Positions 54,443 to 62,420 of a DNA stretch of 64,000 bases are shown in pieces. The translations under genes were made by a program, and so were the position numbers. How positions within the stretch are numbered: the stretch's first letter is position 1; each line of letters opens with the position of its first letter. The notes beneath the pieces are model-generated. The model was not told the DNA's origin. It saw only the letters and a program-made list of their open reading frames with translations, and did not search any database. Origin of the DNA: Salinivirgaceae bacterium (GTDB taxonomy: Bacteria > Bacteroidota > Bacteroidia > Bacteroidales > SZUA-534); contig JAGCNL010000053.1 in NCBI GenBank assembly GCA_017645945.1, forward strand, positions 7,816-71,815, written 5' to 3'.

Positions 54443-55210
54443 TTATTTTTTCTGGTTATTACCCATTATCATATTGTATTGCACGGTGATGTAACCGTCG
54501 CTCGGGAAAATCTTGTTAGCCAGCGTGATAACGGCTTCGGCATCTTTCTTGCGCTTGTCTGCCACCAAATCCTGAGTATATTTCATAATGCCGTCAACAA
54601 TCATGCTTTTTACAATTGGGTCGGGCTTGATTGTGCCGCCATTGACAATCTGCTCGGTGAGTTTGGTGCGGGCCTCGCTCATTTCGTGCTCACCTTGCGT
54701 GACATTGTTCGACATGCATTTGAGAATGCCTGAATAGTACATGAACAGATAGTCGGTTTTCTGGTTCAGTTTCTCGTAGTTCTTGGCCGCTGCTGCCGCC
54801 TTTGTGTAGTTTCCTTTGTCGAAATTCGTCTTAATCTCAGCTTTAACGTGTTTCTTCAGCTCGTTGATGAAATCGAGATTCTGCGCGTAGAGCTCGCCTT
54901 CAACATCCTTGCGGATGAATTTCTGCGTGTATTTGATGGCTTGACGCATGCCGTCTTTGTAATCAGCGGCAACTTCAGCGTCGGGTGACTCATAAAGTTT
55001 CACCATGCACATGGCTGCATAAAGGTGCGGCTCAGCCTCGCGGCTTGCAGCGGGGTCTTCACACATATCTTCGGCTTTGAACAGGCAAATCTCATATTTG
55101 CCCGAATTGTAAAGCTTTGCAAGCTTCTGATTATGCCCGCCTTTCACTTGCGCAAACGAGCTTGCGCAAACAAGCAGGCTTATTGCCGTATAAACAAGAC
55201 GTAAATTCAT
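54443..55210 (-). CDS. secreted helical-repeat protein, unknown function
   Basis: Probable start MNLRLVYTAISLLVCASSFAQ (ATG 55208-55210); the track ORF extends to 55291. Composition is alpha-helical and TPR-like. Confidence 0.5.
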   Translation of the reverse strand: MNLRLVYTAISLLVCASSFAQVKGGHNQKLAKLYNSGKYEICLFKAEDMCEDPAASREAEPHLYAAMCMVKLYESPDAEVAADYKDGMRQAIKYTQKFIRKDVEGELYAQNLDFINELKKHVKAEIKTNFDKGNYTKAAAAAKNYEKLNQKTDYLFMYYSGILKCMSNNVTQGEHEMSEARTKLTEQIVNGGTIKPDPIVKSMIVDGIMKYTQDLVADKRKKDAEAVITLANKIFPSDGYITVQYNMIMGNNQKK

Positions 55211-55403
55211 CGGTGTATAATTTATTCCACAAAAAAAATCAAATGTTGCTAAATAAACAATTTTTTTAAGCCTAATATTATGCCGAAACACGCTAAATAA
55301 TCAACAACAAATACACACAGATGCTTGAAAAACCAGCATCCATACATGTTTTCAAACCATCTCATTTATTCAACTTTCTGAACTTCAAATTTCAAAATTC
55401 TAA

Positions 55404-55411
55404 TAATTTTG
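55404..55411 (+). promoter_or_regulatory. candidate -7 box (TAATTTTG)
   Basis: Matches TAnnTTTG, 21 nt upstream of the ATG at 55432. Confidence 0.4.
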
Positions 55412-55431
55412 TCGCAACTAATTGAACTAAT

Positions 55432-56778
55432 ATGCAGAAACCAATACAAGACTTCTCGATAGGCTACACAATGCTGAAGCACTATTCGAGGTTCTACGTC
55501 CGCAAATTCTTCAAGACGACAACCATTGTCGGGCTCGACAATATTCCGAAAAATACGCCGGTGATTATCACCCCCAACCACCAGGACACGCTGATGGACG
55601 CCCTGTGCATTATCTACAATGTGCACGGCCGTGCGGTTTTTATGGCTCGTGCCGATATTTTCGGTAAATCGAAGCTGATTGCCAACACTTTGCGCTTCCT
55701 GAAGATTCTTCCGCTATACCGCATTCGCGACGGCGTGAAGGAGCTTAAAAACAACGATGCGTCGTTTGAGGAGGCTGTGGGCGTTTTGGAAGCCCGTCAG
55801 AAATTGGTTGTTCTGCCTGAAGGCAGTCACGTTGGCGAGCGCCGTCTGCGCCAGTTGAAGAAAGGCGTGGCACGCATTGCCTTTATGGCCGAGGAACGCA
55901 ACAATTTCGAGTTAGGGATTCAGATTGTGCCCGCCGGACTCGACTACACGCACTATATCAACGTTGGCGCGCGGTTTATGGTTCAGTACGGCAAGCCGAT
56001 ACCTGTGGCCAAATACAAGGATTTGTACCAAGAGAATCCGCAGAAGGCAATGGCCGCGCTGATGGACGACATTCGCGCCGGAATGCTGCCGCTGATGCTC
56101 AATCTCGACAACGAAGCCGAATACAAAACGCTTGAAACACTCGACGATATCTATATCAACGACCTGTACAAAGGTCACCAGAGCCGTCGTCGCGTGAAGC
56201 ACACCGAGATACTTGCAAAGAAACAGCAGATGGGCGAGAAACTACTTGCTTTCGCGCAGTCGCAATCGGCTGAATATGAGAATACTAAACAGTTGGCCAC
56301 CGAGTTCCGTACGCTGTTGGAGAAACTCAATCTGCGCCTGTGGGCGGTTGCCAAAGACAGCTATTCGGTGCTTGGAATCTTCTTCAACCGATTGCTGCAG
56401 TTGCTCTTTCTGCCTGTTTTTCTGCTCGGCTTTATCCCGAACATTCTGCCATTCTATCTGCCTGTGCGTTTCACTCGCGGCATTAAAGACCCGCAGTTCC
56501 TGAGTTCGGTGCGGTTTGTGATTGCAGTGGTGGTCTTCACTCTGTTCTATCTTATCTACCTGATACCGTTAATGATATTCCTTCCGAAATGGTGGATGGC
56601 GATTCTGTTGGAGGTGGCGTTGCTGTATCTTGCCGAATTGGCAGTCCGCTACACCACTTGGTTCCGTAAGACAACGGCCCGTGCACGCGTCAACCGCTAC
56701 CGTCGCCGCAAAAACGCCGATTGGCTGCGCCTGACCGAGTGCCGCGATGGAATTTTGAACGTTCTGAAGAAGTTGTAA
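55432..56778 (+). CDS. lysophospholipid/glycerol-phosphate acyltransferase family protein with a C-terminal membrane domain
   Basis: 448 aa ORF. Acyltransferase block ITPNHQDTLMDAL and VVLPEGSH. C-terminal TM helices. Confidence 0.7.
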   Translation: MQKPIQDFSIGYTMLKHYSRFYVRKFFKTTTIVGLDNIPKNTPVIITPNHQDTLMDALCIIYNVHGRAVFMARADIFGKSKLIANTLRFLKILPLYRIRDGVKELKNNDASFEEAVGVLEARQKLVVLPEGSHVGERRLRQLKKGVARIAFMAEERNNFELGIQIVPAGLDYTHYINVGARFMVQYGKPIPVAKYKDLYQENPQKAMAALMDDIRAGMLPLMLNLDNEAEYKTLETLDDIYINDLYKGHQSRRRVKHTEILAKKQQMGEKLLAFAQSQSAEYENTKQLATEFRTLLEKLNLRLWAVAKDSYSVLGIFFNRLLQLLFLPVFLLGFIPNILPFYLPVRFTRGIKDPQFLSSVRFVIAVVVFTLFYLIYLIPLMIFLPKWWMAILLEVALLYLAELAVRYTTWFRKTTARARVNRYRRRKNADWLRLTECRDGILNVLKKL

Positions 56779-56788
56779 TACTAAAGCG

Positions 56789-56959
56789 ATGGCAGATAAC
56801 TATTTAGAACGGCATTACGAGGAGTATGAAGCCAAAAAGGCTGCTTGGGAGAAGGCGAAAAAACTTGGCAAATACAGGTCGAAACGGGCTGTAAGTGCGC
56901 CACAACAACCTTCGGGCACTGCTTCTAAGAGCGCTGACGGTTCAAGCCAACAGAATTAA
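56789..56959 (+). CDS. possible small protein (56 aa)
   Basis: Below the track cutoff. MADNYLERHYEEYEAKKAAWEKAKKLGKYRSKRAV... The N-terminal DNYLE motif recalls short conserved Bacteroides peptides. Unverified. Confidence 0.4.
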   Translation: MADNYLERHYEEYEAKKAAWEKAKKLGKYRSKRAVSAPQQPSGTASKSADGSSQQN

Positions 56960-56996
56960 ACTTTTGCTTTAAATAACATTTTTAAAACCATAATAA

Positions 56997-58271
56997 ATGA
57001 ATAACTTAGGTCTGAAGATTCGGCTTATTGCAATGAACCTGATGATATACGCCGTTTGGGGCGCGTATCTGAGTTCGCTCGGTATCTATTTAGGCAATAT
57101 CGGTATGGGCACAAGCATTGGCGCCTTTTTCGCCGTGCAGGGCATTGTGTCGCTCTTTATGCCAGCACTGATGGGCATTGTGGCCGACAAATGGATTCCT
57201 GCGCAACGGTTGCTTGGTATGTGCCAGGGACTGGCCGCAATCTTTATGGCTTTGGCCGGACTGATGGGAATGCGTTACGGCGCTGATGTCACTTTTGCTC
57301 AGATATTTCCGTTCTATGCCGCCAGCGTTGCGTTCTTCATGCCGACAGTTGCACTGGGTATCTCGGTGTCGTACAATGCGTTGGAGCGCGGCGGACTCGA
57401 CACCATGAGCGCCTACCCGCCCATTCGTGTTTTCGGTACCATCGGTTTCATTGTGTCGATGTGGATTGTGGATTTGACTGATTTCAAGTCGGATTACCGT
57501 CAGTTGTTCATTTCTGCGGCATGGTCGCTTGTGCTGGCCGTGTACGCTTTCACGCTGCCAAATTGCCCCACAAGTGGCGGCAAACGCTCAGCGTCGATAG
57601 TTGAAGCGCTCGGGCTGCGGGCGTTCACGCTCTTCGGCAACCGCCAGATGCGGCAGTTCTTCATCTTCTCGTTTATGCTTGGAATGTGCCTTCAGGTGAC
57701 GTTCGGTTTTGCGGGCACTTTTATGAGCGACTTCGGCCAAAATCCCGACTATGCGGACGCCTTCGCAGTTCGTCACAACATAATGTTGAGCTCGCTCTCG
57801 CAGGTTTCCGAAACGCTTTGCATTCTTCTTATTCCTTTCTTTTTGAAGCGGTTAGGTATTAAGAAGGTGATGCTTATTTCGATGCTGGCGTGGGTTTGCC
57901 GCTTCGGATTCTTCGGTTTGGGTGACCCCGAAGGCGGCGTTTGGCTTTTCGTCCTTTCGATGATTGTTTACGGTGTTGCGTTCGACTTTTTCAACATCAG
58001 CGGCTCGCTGTTTGTGGACCAAAACACCACGGATGACATCCGATCAAGCGCGCAGGGCGTGTTCATGATGATGACCAATGGTCTCGGTGCAACGGTTGGC
58101 TCGCTGCTTTCGCAAATGGTGGTTAACAAATTCGTTTACAACCGATTGGGCGAACCATCGTTCGATATGATGCAAGGCTGGGCAATGGCTTGGTACGTCT
58201 TTGCCGCTTTCGCATTGGTGATGGCCATTGCGTTTGCTATCATCTTCAAATACAAACACGTAAGGAGTTAG
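56997..58271 (+). CDS. nupG: nucleoside:H+ symporter (NupG/XapB family MFS transporter)
   Basis: 424 aa, 12-TM-like protein. The N-terminus LKIRLIAMNLMIYAVWGAYLSSLGIYL is typical of the NupG family. Confidence 0.75.
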   Translation: MNNLGLKIRLIAMNLMIYAVWGAYLSSLGIYLGNIGMGTSIGAFFAVQGIVSLFMPALMGIVADKWIPAQRLLGMCQGLAAIFMALAGLMGMRYGADVTFAQIFPFYAASVAFFMPTVALGISVSYNALERGGLDTMSAYPPIRVFGTIGFIVSMWIVDLTDFKSDYRQLFISAAWSLVLAVYAFTLPNCPTSGGKRSASIVEALGLRAFTLFGNRQMRQFFIFSFMLGMCLQVTFGFAGTFMSDFGQNPDYADAFAVRHNIMLSSLSQVSETLCILLIPFFLKRLGIKKVMLISMLAWVCRFGFFGLGDPEGGVWLFVLSMIVYGVAFDFFNISGSLFVDQNTTDDIRSSAQGVFMMMTNGLGATVGSLLSQMVVNKFVYNRLGEPSFDMMQGWAMAWYVFAAFALVMAIAFAIIFKYKHVRS

Positions 58272-58462
58272 GATTTAGGAGTTAGAAATTGAGGAAGTGG
58301 TAAGGCATAAGTAATTGGATGGTTTTGAATTAAACTTGTTATCCCGATAGCTATCGGGGCCGTAAAACTTTAAACGAAACGATAAACTTCTAAACTGCGA
58401 AGTGACTAAACTTAAACTTTAAATACTAAACTCTAAACATCTCAACACTAAACGTTTAAAAT
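58267..58462. repeat. word array with a central 16-nt palindrome (two heptad blocks in different registers)
   Basis: The left block incorporates the nupG stop: gttagga tttagga gttagaa attgagg aagtggt aaggcat aagtaat. Centre: CCCGATAGCTATCGGG (58343-58358). Right block: gactaaa cttaaac tttaaat actaaac tctaaac atctcaa cactaaa cgtttaa, running into the next ATG. Confidence 0.8.
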
Positions 58463-59407
58463 ATGAAACTATCTGCTGGAATAGATATAGGTGGCACCAA
58501 CTCAGCTTTCGGACTCGTTGACGATAACGGAAAGATTGTGGCGCGAGGCAACATCAGCACACGCAATAACTCTGATTTTCAGGATTATGCAAATCAAGTT
58601 TCTGACGGAATCCGTCAGTTGCTTGGTCAAATCAATGGCGCCGAACTGTCGGGAATCGGCATTGGGGCAGCCAACGGCAACTACTTCAGCGGCTGTATTG
58701 AGAATGCCGCCAATCTGCCGTGGAAGGGTCTTGTGAAGATTGTGGAAGCCTTTAAGAATCAATTCGGTGTGCCCGTGTTCCTGACCAACGACGCCAACGC
58801 CGCCGCCATTGGCGAGATGGTGTACGGCGGTGCAAAGGAAATGACCGATTTCATTGAGATTACCCTTGGAACTGGCCTTGGCAGCGGCATTGTGACTGGC
58901 GGCAAGATGCTTTACGGCCACGACGGATTTGCAGGCGAGTGCGGTCACGTGATTGTAGAGCGTGGCGGGCGCGACTGCGGCTGCGGACGCAAAGGCTGCC
59001 TTGAGACCTACGTATCGGCCACTGGCGTGGTGCGCACAGCAACTGAATTACTGGCTAAACGCAATATTGACAGTGAGTTACGCTCTATTCCAAACACAGA
59101 GCTGACAGCTTTGAAAGTGTCGCAAGCGGCTAATCGTGGCGATGCCATTGCCAAAGAAGTTTTTGAGTTTACGGGCGAAATGCTAGGGCGCGCATTGGCT
59201 GATTTTGTGGCAATTACAAGTCCGCAAGCAATATTTTTGTTTGGCGGTTTGGCAAAGGCTGGCGAGATTCTGTTTGAGCCTGTCCGCCACTCAATGGAAG
59301 CCAATATGCTGAATATCTTCAAGAACAAGACGCAGGTGCTGCCGTCGCAGTTGGGCGACGATGCGGCAATTCTCGGTTCGGCCGCGCTGGTTTCGTTTAA
59401 TCAGTGA
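58463..59407 (+). CDS. ROK family sugar kinase (glucokinase-like)
   Basis: 314 aa ORF. DIGGTN, the ROK signature with CGCGRKGCLE zinc motif, and GGLA. Confidence 0.85.
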   Translation: MKLSAGIDIGGTNSAFGLVDDNGKIVARGNISTRNNSDFQDYANQVSDGIRQLLGQINGAELSGIGIGAANGNYFSGCIENAANLPWKGLVKIVEAFKNQFGVPVFLTNDANAAAIGEMVYGGAKEMTDFIEITLGTGLGSGIVTGGKMLYGHDGFAGECGHVIVERGGRDCGCGRKGCLETYVSATGVVRTATELLAKRNIDSELRSIPNTELTALKVSQAANRGDAIAKEVFEFTGEMLGRALADFVAITSPQAIFLFGGLAKAGEILFEPVRHSMEANMLNIFKNKTQVLPSQLGDDAAILGSAALVSFNQ

Positions 59408-59411
59408 CGCT

Positions 59412-60050
59412 ATGTCCGCTACCAGCACTTGTCTATTAAGCACCGCCTATTGGGCGCCAGTTCAATGGTTTACAAAGATTGTCAGCCACAGCCAGGTGCT
59501 GATTGAGCAGTTCGAGACCTTTCCCAAACAGAGTTACCGCAACCGCTGCGCACTCTACGGCCCCAACTGTGTGCAGACGCTGCAAGTGCCTATCCTTAAG
59601 AGCGATACGCACAACCCAATGACGCGCGACATACGCATTGCATACCAAACACCGTGGCAGAAGAACCATTTCAACACCATTCGGTCGCTCTACAAGTCGT
59701 CGCCGTTTTTCGATTATTATGCCGATGACATTCTGCCGTTCTATGAGCGCCGTTTCGATTTTCTGCTTGACTATAACCGTGCAATACTCGAAGTGTGCTT
59801 AAAATGGCTGAAAATGCCCAATAACACGATTCTGACCACCGATTACGCGCACACGCCCGATTGCCCCGATTATCGCAACACAATCCACCCGAAGCAGTCG
59901 CACCAATCGGCCGACCCACATTTCGAGCCGCAGCCATACACACAGGTATTCAGCGAGCGTTTCGGATTCATCCCGAATCTCTCAATCATTGACCTTGTGA
60001 TGAACTGCGGTCCCGATGCCAAATCGGTGTTGATGGACGGAGTTAAATAA
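59412..60050 (+). CDS. WbqC family protein
   Basis: Probable start MSATSTCLLSTAYWAPVQWF. QSYRNRCALYGPNCVQTLQVP is typical of WbqC-like proteins. Confidence 0.7.
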   Translation: MSATSTCLLSTAYWAPVQWFTKIVSHSQVLIEQFETFPKQSYRNRCALYGPNCVQTLQVPILKSDTHNPMTRDIRIAYQTPWQKNHFNTIRSLYKSSPFFDYYADDILPFYERRFDFLLDYNRAILEVCLKWLKMPNNTILTTDYAHTPDCPDYRNTIHPKQSHQSADPHFEPQPYTQVFSERFGFIPNLSIIDLVMNCGPDAKSVLMDGVK

Positions 60051-60094
60051 TTAGATTGTACTATCTGATTATCAGTTAATTATAAACGACAAAA

Positions 60095-62278
60095 CTATCC
60101 CAGATACTTTTCAAGCAGCGACAGCATCTTCTTTAATTTTATCGGCTTGGCAATGAAGTCGTTGCAACCTGCATCAAGAGCCTTGACAACATCGGCATAC
60201 ATGGCATAGGCTGTCTGAGCGATAATCGGCACAGTGGTATTGAATGTACGAATCTGCCGTGTAACCTCATAACCGTTTATGTCTGGCAGTTGTATATCCA
60301 TGAGTATCAAGTCGGTATCAGGATTTTTGCGGATGAAGTCGAGTGCCTGCGCCCCATCAACGGAACGTGACATAACCGGTGGCCCCTGCATCTTGAGCAT
60401 GGCCTCAATCAGCATGTAATTGGCGTCGTTGTCCTCTACCACATGGATTTTCTTGGTCACCCATTTCTTGGTATCGACATTCGACGGGCGCACATTCGGC
60501 TGATGAACGCCTATCGGCAGCGTGAAGAAGAACTGCGAGCCCTCGTTGGCCGACGAGTAGCACCAGATGCGGCCTTTAAGGTGCTCAACGCATCGGCGGG
60601 CGATGCTAAGCCCAAGTCCGGTGTGCTTCTCCTTGCCTTCTGTATAGAATGGCTCGAAAATCTTCTCTTGCAACTCGGCAGGAATGCCCTTGCCCGAGTC
60701 TTTCACAAAGAAGACAATCTCGTCGTTGTCGGTGGTGCCGTACCCCATGTCGACTGACGTCACATCGCTTTCCTCAAGTGCGTTATTTACCAGAGCGTCA
60801 AGCACTTTGGTCACAATTTTGGCATCGGTGTAAATTTTGACTGATGTCTGCGGAATCTCCAGCCTCAGGGCGATGTTGCGCGCAAGTGCCGTGTTTTGCC
60901 AGCGTGCGTGATATTCGGTCAGGAAGGTGCAAACATCAATGGTTGACGGCTCAAGTTTAAGCAGCTGTCCGCTGATGCCCGTCCATTCGGCAATCCCGTT
61001 CAGGGCATCCAGAAACGCTGAATCCTTCAGCTCGGCGCACGATTCTTTCAGCTTGACACCCAGCAATTTAATGTTGGATGCTATTTTGTTGTTGTTCTCG
61101 ATTATGCGCTGTTTCTCGTTGTTGAGCTCGTACTCGTAATTCTTAATCTGTGTAATGTCGCGCGACACGTTGAGCACGGTGTTCACGGTGCCGTCTTTCG
61201 ACATTTCAGGCACCATGCTGGCCTGGAAAATGCGCTGCTGCCCCTCCACATTCATTTTGAATTCGAACTTCAGGTTGCGCCCGGTGCGGAAAACTTCGAG
61301 GTGCATCTCTTCAAGGAATGATGCGGTATTCTGGTCGAAATCAATGTCCATGGTGTTCCGCCCGATGAATTTTGCGGCAGGGATTTTGGTTATCTCCTCC
61401 ACGGCGCGGTTCACGTAGGCGTAAGTCAGGTTGCGGCCGTAGCGCGATATCATGTCGGGACTGTTGTCGGCCAGCATTCTGAACTCCTCCTGGCTCTTGA
61501 GCAGGGCCTTCTCGGTGATTTTCTGCGCTGTGATATCGGTGATGACATTGTACGAGATTGTTTCGTTGTTCTGCGTTTTTGTCTTGCTGAAAACACATTT
61601 TATGCACTTCTCCTGTCCTGCCCGATTCAGAATCCACACCTCGGCGCTGAAGAAATTCGGATTGATTTTCTGCTGCTCGGCCATCAGTTTTCCCAACCGT
61701 TCACGCTCATAATCGCAGATGAGTGACAGCGGCGAGGCCGATTTAAGCTGCTCCTTGGTGAAGCCTGTAATTTTGGTGCTGGCGCTGTTGGCGAACATCA
61801 GCTTGCCGTTCTCATAAATCATTATGCCGTCGGTGATGTTCTCCGCCATCATCAGGAAGCGGAACTCGCTGTGGCGCAGCGCGGTAAGTATTTTTGTCAG
61901 ATTGCCGGCGTTCTGCTGGAAGGCCGTCAGATAGGTCTGCCCGTCGGGCGCGTGCATCTTGTAGAGAGTTATCTCCGATGAGATTGCAGGCTCGATGAGA
62001 GGAATAATCTGCGTTGCGTACGATACGCCTTCAGGGCCGATTTCGGCATCAATAAACTGCTGAATATCAGCCTCAGACTTAAACAAGCCAATTCCAACCG
62101 GCGTCAGCGATTGGTAGTTTTCTTCAGTGCATTTAAGCAGCTCGCAGGCGCTGCGGTTGATTTTGTGCAGCACCAGGCTTTGTCCATCGACCCGCATGAT
62201 AAAAATCGGCTGCGGACTCCGCGCAAACCAATTATTGCAGTCAATGGCATGGATAATATCAAAATTGTTGTCAATCAT
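60095..62278 (-). CDS. hybrid PAS sensor kinase-like protein with a C-terminal receiver; no recognisable H-box
   Basis: 727 aa ORF with PAS repeats, an HATPase_c domain (VKDSGKGIP, HTGLGLSIA) and a receiver (VVEDND, LILMDIQLP, AKPI). The region where HExxTP is expected reads NKIASNIKLLGVKLKE. Confidence 0.8.
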   Translation of the reverse strand: MIDNNFDIIHAIDCNNWFARSPQPIFIMRVDGQSLVLHKINRSACELLKCTEENYQSLTPVGIGLFKSEADIQQFIDAEIGPEGVSYATQIIPLIEPAISSEITLYKMHAPDGQTYLTAFQQNAGNLTKILTALRHSEFRFLMMAENITDGIMIYENGKLMFANSASTKITGFTKEQLKSASPLSLICDYERERLGKLMAEQQKINPNFFSAEVWILNRAGQEKCIKCVFSKTKTQNNETISYNVITDITAQKITEKALLKSQEEFRMLADNSPDMISRYGRNLTYAYVNRAVEEITKIPAAKFIGRNTMDIDFDQNTASFLEEMHLEVFRTGRNLKFEFKMNVEGQQRIFQASMVPEMSKDGTVNTVLNVSRDITQIKNYEYELNNEKQRIIENNNKIASNIKLLGVKLKESCAELKDSAFLDALNGIAEWTGISGQLLKLEPSTIDVCTFLTEYHARWQNTALARNIALRLEIPQTSVKIYTDAKIVTKVLDALVNNALEESDVTSVDMGYGTTDNDEIVFFVKDSGKGIPAELQEKIFEPFYTEGKEKHTGLGLSIARRCVEHLKGRIWCYSSANEGSQFFFTLPIGVHQPNVRPSNVDTKKWVTKKIHVVEDNDANYMLIEAMLKMQGPPVMSRSVDGAQALDFIRKNPDTDLILMDIQLPDINGYEVTRQIRTFNTTVPIIAQTAYAMYADVVKALDAGCNDFIAKPIKLKKMLSLLEKYLG

Positions 62279-62420
62279 GACAATTCATTGTTTGTAAAAC
62301 AAATGCTTTCGAATGATTTTAATAGTGGGTTAAATATATTGAAAATTCCTTTTGCTCCAAATAAAATTTCTTTTGTTATTTTGCCGTCAACATCCGAAGG
62401 GAGAAAAACTGAATTTTGAC

